This document shows, one piece after another, positions 11,335 to 22,702 of a DNA stretch of 61,142 nt. Origin of the DNA: Nemertoderma westbladi (Eukaryota; Animalia; Xenacoelomorpha); NCBI GenBank assembly GCA_032718475.1, contig JAUCBJ010002484.1, forward strand, positions 1-61,142, in the 5' to 3' direction. Position 1 is the stretch's first letter; each line of letters starts with the position of its first letter. A program made the translations under genes and the position numbers. Below the pieces are notes generated by a model. It saw only the letters and a list, made by a program, of their open reading frames with translations, made no database searches and was not told where the DNA came from.

Positions 11335-11841
11335 TTACCAACTGGGTTTCTTTATGGTACTTCCTTGCGACTGGTAATGATATTCGCGTTCCATCTCCTT
11401 GTAGTTCGGTATGAGATCGTCGCTGCAGGCCTCTCCCGGGAAGTAGGCGACACTACTCCACAGGCGATGGTACGGGTTCACGAGGAACTTCTCCTGAACG
11501 TCGTCCATCTTCATCGCGTTTACGAAGAAATAAGCCAGAAAGAACATAGTTCCCACTTTGAGAGTTCCCACGGGGTTTAGAAACGACCGTTCGTTAAAGT
11601 AGCGCAGTTTCAGGGCCCAGGGTTTGTTCATCCAGCCGTCGTAGAAACGCCCGAGAAAGTCTCCGATGCGGCTGCGACCCAACTGCCGCGGCTCGTGGGG
11701 GGAGAGCACTTGGACCTGGGCCCACCGGCGTCTCCAGTACCGGTGCTCCAGTTCCTCCTGACGCCATACTCCGCCGTCAGGCCAGCGGCCTGGTGCGGCT
11801 GGAGGTTTGTTGGGGTCGACGTATGGCTTGTGTTCGCCCAT
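11335..11841 (-). CDS. NDUFB6: NADH:ubiquinone oxidoreductase subunit B6 (B17)-like
   Basis: RRRWAQVQVLSPHEP resembles the NDUFB6 motif RRRWLKDQELSPREP. One TM segment (VGTMFFLAYFFV), then YFPGE (cf. IFPGD). GC-rich coding island with no introns in the CDS. Confidence 0.75.
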   Translation of the reverse strand: MGEHKPYVDPNKPPAAPGRWPDGGVWRQEELEHRYWRRRWAQVQVLSPHEPRQLGRSRIGDFLGRFYDGWMNKPWALKLRYFNERSFLNPVGTLKVGTMFFLAYFFVNAMKMDDVQEKFLVNPYHRLWSSVAYFPGEACSDDLIPNYKEMEREYHYQSQGSTIKKPSW

Positions 11842-14729
11842 TAGTTAGGTCTCTAGGAAGACGTTATGCCAGTATGTCCAGATGTTAGTCGTCCGTCCAG
11901 GTCGTCTGTAAAGCACTACAGTGCTACTGTACTAGACTAAGCCAGTAGGCAGGTACAGAGGTAGGATTTAGTAGGCCTAGGACTAGCGCAGTACAGCAGT
12001 ATGCAGTAGCGCCTAGCACCTGAGCACCTATGAGCTATGACCTAGGTCAGTAAATCTTAATCTTCTTCAAAATCGAGAAGGTACGTTGTGAGAACCCAGA
12101 CAGCATACTATACCATACAGCCGTAGCCGCATTGTTCGGGTGTTGATGTTATCTTACAACAGTACACACACAGTAGGCCCTACAACTGTGCAATACAACA
12201 TTAAAGTGATACCGATAATGGACGATGCAACCAACAGTTGGCGTACTGCTGTACTGGCGTAGGGCTACGTTTTTACGTTCTCTGGTTCTTGTTAGATGTA
12301 TACACACAGAATGACGTGTGAGGTACCTACTGTACCTCAGTACCTACAGTCAGACAGTAGGATATCCTATCTCTGTATCTTGATTAATCGTCCACTTTTT
12401 AGATAACGATAAAACAGGAAATTTGATTTTATCATAGTCTGACAGTAAAAGTTATACCCCCCACATAAGATTGGATATTGAGGTACTGTAGAGCAGAATG
12501 CGAGTTTAGCTCAGTTACTTCACCTCAATAAACTAAGAGTATTCAGTATTCATTTAAGAATATTTGCGTCCAATTTCCCCTGGAGAGGGATGAATTTTTA
12601 TTGCGATAAGTGTAAAACAATATCTGAAGTTTTGTTGCATAATCCAACAAGTTGAAGAATGAGTGTTCAAGTGGGAATTCGAATTCTGTAGTTCAGTTTC
12701 ATATGAATTGAAATCGTCGGAGGATTATCTGAGTGGAGAGTGTAATTGTAATAAAGTATAGGCTACTTTTCTGCTTTTTTATAGTAAAGTAAACAGTTAC
12801 CGTAAAGTTTAATAATTTGATATAAAGTAGCTTTACCGCTAATTAAATTATGATAATAAATTATGATAAATAATTTAGTAATTACTCGGGAAACCCGTCG
12901 ATATAGTGGAAGTACAGTAGGTGCATTCTTCTTGCAATGTCACCCATCATAACAACCAGTTACATTTAGACTGATAGACAAGAAATTGATTGGAGTGCAA
13001 GATAGTTTATTGTGGTGAAGCAAACGAGTTAAAATCGCATTCTGGTCTACCTCAGTAACTATCTAATTTTATGTTCATATCCCTCCAAGAATGTATTCGA
13101 TAAATGCGTCACCAAAATAATCTAAATATGATATTGCAGCAAAATTTACCTGAGTCCCCATTTTACCAACACACACTGGCAACCACTCCATGGATACTTA
13201 CTGTACTGTACATCACATCGTAATGTCCACACTGTGAATGTTAAGAACGTTTTTGTAAATATTATAGGGTGAATGAATCAACAAAAACATATTGCCCGAT
13301 TTTTTTTATTTTGGCGCAATGTTTTTATAATAGAACGATATACTTGACTGGGAATTGTGTCAAATGCTACGTCCACTCAACCCATGGATTTTATGCTTGT
13401 ATGGCTATAAATTTAAACGATATGTTTTGTGTGTGGTTGTCGGAAGCCATATTTTTCGGAAACCAATATCACACACTGTAAGTATGTAGTAGGACATACT
13501 GTAGTATTATGAATGACAACTTGTCGGTGAGATGGCTTGGAGTTCTTCTGAATGAGGGTCAATCTCGTTTGTTTATTGTATTGGAAATTGTTTAATGAAA
13601 ATATTTTTCATTACAATGAGATGAAGGGTGAATGACACCCGAGTCAGGGTGTCACTCTTGTAGGACGATCTAGTCAATCATTGTCCAAATTAAACTTTTC
13701 AATTATATTCTACTGTATCCTACCATACCTACCATATATCACTAATTTGACATCTTTAAAAAACATATGGTTTACGTTCGATATTTGTATTAACCAATAT
13801 CAAATATGTTAATTAAACACTTTCCTTATATATATAATTGAACGAGAACATACAGTAATTGTTACTGTAAATGCAACTTCTATCTTTACAAACACATTTT
13901 GCAAATCTGTGGCCATTGATTTGCGATTATTTAGGAGTGTGTTTTAAAATTAGTTTTTTTGTATCAACAAAAAAGCAAGTGATTGGCAAACATATCAATT
14001 ATATTACTTTGATTTACAGCTGTTATACCAATGATTAGTTTCATTGATTGTGTCACTTATAAAAATTTGTTACAAAATATATAAATTGTGGTTTTTCCAA
14101 GGTTGTTTTTTAGTTCAAGTGGTTATAGAATCGAAAAAATAATTATTAAATGTTCATCAGACTGGACTGCGACAATACTGTAATTACTAACTGAGCAAAC
14201 AGGTATGTGGACTTCCTACGGTAAGTAGCCCCTGGGCCTAGCCCCCTTAAAACAATCTCATTGTGATTTTAATCGCTATAATTATTCAGTATAAAATTAA
14301 CTCTCTTGCTAAGATTTATGGACTACCTGTACTGTGTTATATTTTTTCCGCGTTTATTTTCTCAACGCTTTCTGCCACATTTTCCTGGGCGTTTTCTGCG
14401 CTTTTTACGTGTGGTAACAAATTGTAGTAAAAATAACATGGCACAGAATTTTGCAGTATTAAATAGTATTAAAATAACGCGTCAACGAAAATGTTTAAGT
14501 CTATTATCCGCAGACAATAACTATAAACTACGTCAAGCGGTTTTGTTTTTATATTAAACGTAGGATATAAATTGACTGACTGATGCATTGCACGTGCTGT
14601 ACGACTGATGCATGCAAGTACTGTAGGCCTAAATTTATTATTTGGTCACTAAAATGGGAAAGCGGGGATAAACTTTCAGTTTATGGGCCATGAGTTGTCG
14701 GTAGGCTATACAATACAGGGTATTAGTAC

Positions 14730-15562
14730 AGTACGTTTGAACGACACTACCCAAACAAGCCTGAAATCAGATAATTAATGGTACCGGTACCGGTATAGGC
14801 GGTATATCAGTATTCTACGTCACACTTTGTGCCTTGATGATTGCGCTGGTATTATTTACTTGAAGGGAATGTATTATTTTAATGTAGGCCTACCAGGTAA
14901 TCTATATTACAAGCTAATAACGGTGGTATGCGATACGGTTAAGTTTATTTCGTATGTTGGTCCTGAAATGGGCTGCGTTTGGGTTGGTTAGGTCAGGTCG
15001 TACAGTAGTTGGCCCTGAAAAGGGCCGTTTGGGTTGGTATGTCAGGAGATTAGAGAAAGGTCGGTTGCGATTTATATGTCTCAAACCACGTTCCAGAACT
15101 TGCAGTTCGTTTGTGCTTAATGTTATTTGCACCGGAGCATCTCCAAACAAGCCACATGAATCCCCTGTCCTTCACCAGCGTAATTTTAGATTGTGCAGTA
15201 CAACCCGGAATAGGACAAAGACAGCGTTGGTTGCCCATTTGATAGTAGAGTACAGGCTGACAGCGACAGGGGACAAGCTCCACGCTTTGCGCAAACTCAA
15301 TAGCGGGCTCCTCAGTCACGATCAGTTTACCAATCTCAATAAAATTCAATTAAGCCTTGACGGTGACAGTAACACTTGTTATAGGTCCAATACATTAATT
15401 AGTAGTGTTCTAGTATAAATACAATACTAATTGTAGAGTATAAGACAATATCCGCATTGTCCTCAAGATGGCGCACAATACTTATATGCCGGTATCGGTA
15501 CCAATTTTTATCAGTTTCTATCCGATTTCAGGATTGTTTGGCTAGTGTCGTTCAAACGTACT
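14730..15562 (-). mobile_element. Internally deleted Merlin/IS1595-like DNA transposon
   Basis: ~40-bp inverted repeats (agtacgtttgaacgacacta.ccaaacaa.cctgaaatc). ORF 15050-15349 has E..AIEF...L..C..C...WRC....GTWFE, typical of the Merlin N-terminus. No DDE core and no TSD seen. Confidence 0.65.
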
Positions 15563-15848
15563 AAACCGCTAGGCCTACACAGTCACCAACCAAGATGTAG
15601 GATAACTGTACCGAAGAATGATTAGACCATAATTTCTTTCAGTTCTGGGGATTTAAATCTGAAGTATTTGTGGACGGACAATCAATAACATTAGCGCATT
15701 ATCAATGCTTATATAAGCCGAGTGTTCGTATTACAATAACAATGATTTAAAACTGTCACCGTACCGGTACATACTACTACTACTATATCGGCATGCTCTG
15801 CTCATTGTGCATAGCTGAAATATATACTGTATGCAGTATAACACGTTC

Positions 15849-16443
15849 GTGGGGACTTCGCGCAGCACGTAGTCGGCAAGCCTTGGCATACGGTTCATAT
15901 AGAGCAAATGGGGCATGTCTAGTTTGGACCCCATATCCCATGCTATAAATGTATTCATTCGATATACAATCATATGTTAATCCGCTAGGTGGTGTCAAAT
16001 TGTTATTCTGCAATTTCGTACTTACCAGTGCAGCACTGTACAGCAGTACCGTACCGGTAGGCCTATGTCATTACTTCTGAGTCTCTAGCGGATCCCCAAT
16101 TAAATGTCTTAACTTTTCAATTTCGTAAAAGATAGACTTCATGATTCTCTACAGGCCACCAAAATTTCAGCTCAGGAAAATGAGGCCTTCCCGAGAAATT
16201 TAACATTTTCTAAAAACCACATAATCTGTCGTAGCTGACGTCAGACTGCATGATTTTTCACCAAACTTTACAAACTTTCTAAACTTTCTCTCTACTACTT
16301 ACCTACTAAGTTTGGTTCAATTCCGAACCAGCGATGCCGAGAAATTCGCGTTCAAACATTTACCAGACAGACAGACGGACATGCCCCATTTGCCCTATAT
16401 GAACCGTATGCCAAGGCTCGCCGACTACGTGTCTCGCCCCACA
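15849..16443. mobile_element. Non-autonomous foldback element with ~60-bp inverted termini and a (CAGA)n tract
   Basis: cacgtagtcggc.agccttggcatacggttcatatag.gcaaatggggcatgtc is inverted at 16377-16436. cagacagacagacggac resembles DINE/HINE-type elements. It separates two pieces of an RTE 3' end. Confidence 0.65.
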
Positions 16444-16445
16444 TA

Positions 16446-16672
16446 TTAAGAATGCTGTGCTGGCTTGTCGACAAAATTGCGCCGCCACAACTCCCTATCA
16501 CCCCCCCCCCCCCATGACATTTGCTAGATCATCTATGCCTATGGCATCGTCCTTTAAGAGGCGTCTCAAGAAAGTTATGGGCTGTTGAGTCGACCATGCT
16601 TATTCACTCCATGAGGCCGCCAAAAGCACAAAGCACAAGATTATGTACTGGCTGTTCCTCATCTTCACGGCG
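16446..16672 (-). mobile_element. Degenerate RTE LINE 3' fragment (tail piece at ~15773-15797)
   Basis: Similar to 40868-41070. The (CTA)n tail plus atcggcatgct lies on the other side of the foldback element. Confidence 0.7.
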
Positions 16673-16892
16673 AATGCAATGTAGTGCAAAGGTAGACCTA
16701 CCTTACATACAGTAGTTTAGCCCAAATGTTGATAGAAAATCATTTTAAATGTAATTTCATTTTGTTACAATTGTGCAATAATGTTTTATTTATTCTACTC
16801 TAACGTACTGCATCTTTCTAAAAATCCAATTAGTGTATTAATTTTTAATATATTTTTTTATTAGAAACGGTTACCCTTCAGAAATATTCGCG

Positions 16893-17063
16893 ATGAAGTT
16901 GATGATTTTAACCCTATCGTTTTTAATTGGCTCCGATGCTGCGATTACCTCGGAAGAGAAAAACCAGATCCTTGAGGCCCATAACAACTACAGGGAATCC
17001 CTGACTGGCACCTTGAATAATGGAAACTCCCTACCTCGACCTGCTACACCACTCTCAGCACTG
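16893..17063 (+). CDS. CAP/SCP-domain secreted protein, exon 1
   Basis: Signal peptide MKLMILTLSFLIGSDA; ILEAHNNYRE CAP motif; donor GT at 17064 (phase 0). Confidence 0.9.
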
Positions 17064-17537
17064 GTTAGTCTGTTCTGTGTTTATGTTTTACTTTTGGAGG
17101 TTAGAAATTATGATTTAACTATTTTTAATATATTTGGCCCTGAAGAACTATGACACATCTGCTGTCTTAAAAAATTGATATTATTTAGTTAACCCGCGGG
17201 TTAAAACCCCCAAAAAAACTACTTTCTCAAATGAACAATACGAGATGGCGGAAGTACAGTACTCTATGCCTACTACTGTATTTATACAGGCATACTATTA
17301 GGCCTACTATTATTTTATTTAATTTAAAACACAAGTATATTTCATATGCGACCAATTTGACATGAAGATAACTTTTTCAATTGCCGTTAAATGTGCGCCT
17401 CTATCTTATTTTTTATTATTATTTCATATAATAGTTGTATTTTTATGCTATTATTATATTACTATTTTTTAAATACTACACTTTAGGCCTATATTGAGCT
17501 GTTCCTGGACTAAATGATCTCTGCTGTTACTATTCAG

Positions 17538-17649
17538 ATTTGGAACAATGAGCTCGCTACTATGGCAGCATCATTAGCCGACAGTTGTAAATTTGCCCAC
17601 GTCACTCATAAGCTCAATGGTAATTCTGTTGGGCAAAATCTGTATGCAT
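17538..17649 (+). CDS. CAP/SCP protein, exon 2
   Basis: ttcAG acceptor; IWNNELATMAASLADSCKFAH...VGQNLYA; donor gtaagt (phase 1). Confidence 0.9.
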
Positions 17650-18162
17650 GTAAGTCTGCTAAAGATTGTTGATACATACAGTAGGCCTACAACTGTAGGG
17701 GGTATCTGTACCGGTAGGTGAACTTGGCGCAAGAAAATTTAAAGCTTCTGGAAAAAGCCAAACGTGCAACCGTCACGTGATCTCATCTTTTAATTGATAA
17801 TTAACATTGCTAATTGGCCTAGATACGATTTAATACGGGCTCCAGCCTATGACCCCGTAGGAATTTTATATATGACTGAGCTACCCTACACAGATGTTTA
17901 GTACAGATATGGGACATTTAAAAAAAAAATATGGGTAGACTTCACGAAATGGTTGCGCTCGTTTTTAGGGGGTTTGAAACATAGCAACGGAGAAAATTGC
18001 CCTAGCAACAGCTCTTTTATGACGAGTTAAAATTTATGAAAAATTAGGCCTACTATTTTGGATGTGAAGAATTTAATGGCATTATTTAGTTTTTTGAAAA
18101 TACCAATAGCAACCAGTGAAAACGACCTTTAAAGTTAGCAGTATTGACATTTTCGACCTTAC

Positions 18163-18325
18163 TCGAACCTGGGACCTCGAGGTGGAAGCCGAGACAACAA
18201 CCACTAGGCCACAGGTTCTTGAGATATAGAGTATTAATTTCAAAGCCAACTACCATTATATTAGCCCCTGATTTTTATTATTGATAATAACAATGTGTTG
18301 GCAAGCTGCGTTTTTCGAGGGTTTT
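18163..18325 (-). repeat. Inverted partial copy of the tRNA-like 412-bp repeat
   Basis: Reverse complement of ~29765-29939, including the A-box and most of the B-box. Confidence 0.85.
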
Positions 18326-19556
18326 TGTTCGCGCTTTTGAAGACCTTTAGCAGTTTAACCTGCCAAAATTTATATGTCTTTTAGTTAATTAACACACCTT
18401 TAGCATACGACAATATTTTATGCTAATAAACAAAACATTAGCCGAAGCCAGCCCATGCGCGATCATTCACCCGATGGATCTACACCCGGGAGGCTGAATT
18501 CGGATGCTTAGATTTTATTATTGCAGTGTAAGGTTGCAGTGTAAGCCTACTGTATTATTCGATTGATCGCTAATATGTAATTTCTGACAGATATTATTAA
18601 CTTTCGGGAAATATTAACAGTTCCTTTAGGACGTGGCGCTCTATCTATTTAAACAGAGCTAGGACTTATACTAAACGCAACGATAAGGCTTATGATTAAA
18701 GTATAAGTCGCATTCTTTAGGAAATGCTTTGTTACCAGTCACATCACACTCACAATCATGCACACTATTCTGCCGACCGTCAGTATATTTGATCACACAT
18801 AAAGAGAACAGCAATTGACTCAGGTAGTGTCTACTAAATAACATTAGATTCAATACACACCACATTGATATAAATCGCAATTGTTATATATAGCCCGCCT
18901 CTCTAACCTGTAGTGTATCAAGAAAATTGGGAATTTGGGTGATTTATCCGTATTATCCAAAGAGCAATATTTCCATCAACAAATAGGTACAATTAATAAC
19001 TGACGGTAAAATAACAGTACAAACAATATGATTAGTGCAGTTAAATTAAGTGAGGTAACACCGCCGGTAACAGTTATACTTTCTATAATCTAAGCAGTTT
19101 TACTAGAGTTCTTAGAGCCGGTGTTTCTGGCTTAGACAGCAATAACAACAAAGTATCAAGTAAAAACAGTAAGACTGAACACTCTCCTTATGATCGGCCG
19201 AAAAGCTACACGTCGACAGGAAAAAACGCTCTGATTGGCTCAAGCCAAACAAAGAACCATGCATCCAATGGCTGTTTCCATGTCAGCAACCAGCTGTTAG
19301 ATGTCGTAATATGAATCATCACGGCTAAGCTGTGAAAGGTATTTGGTGCATTGCAGGTTTTTTGCCTTACCATGTCCGCTAAAACACGTATATAGCAGAA
19401 TGACTTTTATGTCCGTTAAAACACCTGTAACGGTACCTTGCGGGCGAGGGGAATATATATACAGTTAGAGAACCTTTTTAGAGTATTCCAGCGCCTGGGG
19501 GGAAACTGGATTGCGAAGCAAAAGGGGGCCAGTTATATCCCACAGAAGCTTTTACA
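18326..19556 (-). repeat. 3' LTR of copy B (1231 bp)
   Basis: TG..CA termini; appears identical to 28432-29662 by eye. Confidence 0.95.
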
Positions 19557-19634
19557 CCGCTCCCAGAAAATGGGATTTGAGTCTATAAATATACAAAAAT
19601 CACAGTTTCTAATATACGTAAATACTCTAAACAG

Positions 19635-21084
19635 TTAGTCTTTCTTGCGCGGACGGCGTTTACGCAGTTTTTTAAAGCTAGCAAGAGTCCTTTTCTCTTT
19701 GGGGCGAGCCACTTTACGAGGAGGGCTATAACTCCTGGGTGAAGGGTGCAATATGATTGCATCAGAAGGTATGGGATTGCGATCGGTATATCCGCCGGTC
19801 GAAGTACCGGGTTGATTGACATCAACGTCCGGGGAGAGGGGTCTAACGGCTTTGAGAGCTCGTTTCAAGACAGCCGCTCTTACGGGTCCTTTACGAGTGG
19901 TCTGAACGAGGGCCGTGGGTGGACCATAGGCAGTTAGAAACTTCCTTGGTTTAATGGTTCTTTCCAACTCGCGTTCGCGGGCTCTGTACTCGTAAGGCCG
20001 TCGATATACTTCCTGTAACTCAGGGTGTGAGTTGACAAATAAGTCTCCATAGGCCGGATCTTGACGGATAAAGTTTATTAAGTTATACGAATTGATGTCA
20101 CTCGGATTAATGCTCCTGAGGAATTTGCGTACATATTTGGTTGAAATACATTCTCCAACGCGCTTCAATAGTTCATAACTTGATAGGCGCGATTTCTGCT
20201 CGACGGAGGCAAACAAATATGGATGGAACGCATAAACTCCTTCGTAGGCGCGTCCAGGATAATAGCGATGGCGTGAATCACAATGTAAATCAGCGTTCGC
20301 TTCCCAAGCTCTGATATAACGTAGTACAATCATTTCATCTACGCTCTCTAAATCATGGTTAAAGGGACAATCAAAGCTGGCGTGTCCTTTTAATTGACAA
20401 TGATGGCATTGAGTCATAAATTGGGGGCAGACAGCAAAAATGTGCAAATTATTAAGCCGACAATATGCACAATAGATTTTCATCGACGGTTGCTCGTGGA
20501 AATAGGAACAAAGATCGTTGGTGTCCATAGACGTAATATGGTCTCTCGATACGCACAGCCGACAACGTTGTCTAGAAACATAATTGGCATGGCGATAATC
20601 ATACGCAGTAAGACACTGTGGACCTTGATACCATTCTAGGCTGTAATCGTAGTCGCTGTTCCGAGCGCGATAGGCTGAATCTCCTCAGATTCTAGGCATA
20701 TTGGTTCGTCTTCCCAGTCTGTTACGAATAGAATTTTCGTGATCTATTCTCGGTTTATCGTTACGACTCCGCTGGGTATGATATTTAAATAGAACCATTT
20801 CCCTTTAGGGTGTCTACATCGTCCGTATCATGTAAATCGATAGGATGGCCGGTAGTTAAGAAGTCCATATACGTACCATTACGATGCGTATAGCGAGCGG
20901 TTAATTTTCGATAGTCCAATTCACGCGTAAGTTGCTCTTGGGACATCGGCGGTTCGATATAACGACCATCGTCCTCCGTAATAGTCGGATCGGCTTCACC
21001 GCGTATCAAGCTATCCACAAACGCTTGTAAAGGTAGAGTATATCGCTCTCTAATACCAAGGTCATCTTCTATTAATTCCGTCAT
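19635..21084 (-). pseudogene. Orphan ORF of copy B: shared N-terminus, three zinc-knuckle-like motifs, basic C-tail; one frameshift and one stop
   Basis: 21084-20721 matches copy A 4681-5043 with a 1-nt insertion at ~20807. An in-frame TGA at 20687-20685 precedes CRLCVSRDH..C, CAYCRLNNLHIFAVC and CHHCQLKGHASFDC. Ends RKVARPKEKRTLASFKKLRKRRPRKKD*. Confidence 0.75.
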
Positions 21085-22702
21085 ATCTGCTATCTGAGTT
21101 TATTAATATTAGTATGAGTCAATATTTAGGCAAGCGGGCGTCGCTGCCTACTAGTCTTTGACCCCGGACAGTGGGTTTCTCAGCGCCGATGTACCGTTGT
21201 CGCGGTGTTTGCGCCAACATGTAGCAACAGCACGACAACGATAATCGACACAAGTCCCACCACTGTCCGTCCCAAAGGCTTGAATCCACTTGAGGTTATC
21301 TCGGTAGAGTTAGGCTACTTTACAATTGCGATTAGCTACTGTAAACACACTTTAGTAGTATCATTCACCTATAAACGCACAAATTCCATACAATCATTAC
21401 TTACTGCACACAGCCATTTTGTCCGTTAGTCATTGTCTTCCAGAATGTCACGTTATTACTATGTATCCTTGGATACTAATAGTGCGCTATGTATTCTCTT
21501 ATGCTACGCAATGGGGCAAGCCTTTATTGTTCCTTTAACTTGCTTCTAATTCTAGTGTGGGTGTTGCCATGGTGACATTATGGAAAACTAGCGGTAGAAT
21601 TAGGGTAATTCTCATGCATACAGATCTGGGATGTTATTTAATAGTAATTCTTTAATTGTCAATATCCTCTTTATGCATGATTTTATAAATTTTATCGGCT
21701 ATTGACTATATGTTGGAGATTCTCACACTCTAATACACTCAATATGAATCTCCGCTCCCATGATCTATTAATTACTGGAATTTTGGGAATGTTATAAATT
21801 GCACAAAATGACAATTTATGAAATTCATTTGAATATGAATTTAAATTTATTCCCGTGAATTTTATTATTTGATGTTAAATTGACACAAATTTTATTCCAG
21901 AGCATATCTGGGGACTTAGGATCCTTAATTCTATAAAATAGTCCTTCTAAGAATATCGGTAAATACTGCGATATCTTAATTGACTAGAAATTTTAAAGGA
22001 TCGGGATTTTACAGATTTTAATAAATATTAAATTAATATTTAGGATGGGCACCGATTTATTCCAGAACTTGTCTGGGGACATTAACCACTGATTCTAGAA
22101 TTTGTCTTTCAAGTATATCGGTGGGTGCCACGATATCTTAATCGACTAGAATTACAGAAGGTCAAAAGTTTAACAGATTTATTTGCGATTTACGCTACTG
22201 TTAGAGGGACATCACGCTACTATATGTATTATTTGTTATAAGGTAGAAGAGCAATATCGCACGAAGCAATGTCAGTGTGAAGAGGCAAGTCGTTTCCAAG
22301 GTCTACCCAGAGCTTGGTTTAGCCGAGACACGAGGATCTGAACTTTGCATTCCTAATACTCTGCCTACCAATAATACTTAAATATAGTAGGAGCTTTATT
22401 GTACTTTAATAAGTACGGACATTTCATCTTACTGTAGTCACGTATTTATAATATGATACGGACAGTAAGGAAAGAGAAAAAATAATTATTTCTCGCCGTC
22501 GCACTAAATATATATTATAAATAATTACGTACGTAATAAACACTAATATATTGCACTAATCTACTAAATAATCCCTAAAATAACATTCTACCAAATAAAA
22601 TTAAAGAAAACGATTATAACAATATTACATAATAATACATACATAAATATAAAATAAAAACAAATATAAAATGATATAGTCACACACCCACTCCATATGT
22701 TA

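Noticed and set aside
18671-18880. 69-aa ORF repeated at 28777-28986
   Set aside because: Lies in the LTR, has a non-ATG start and is not preserved in the copy A LTR; its identity only reflects LTR identity.
19583-19825. 80-aa ORF matching the C-terminus of the 650-aa protein
   Set aside because: Alternative frame of the shared tail; the basic-tail frame is more plausibly native.
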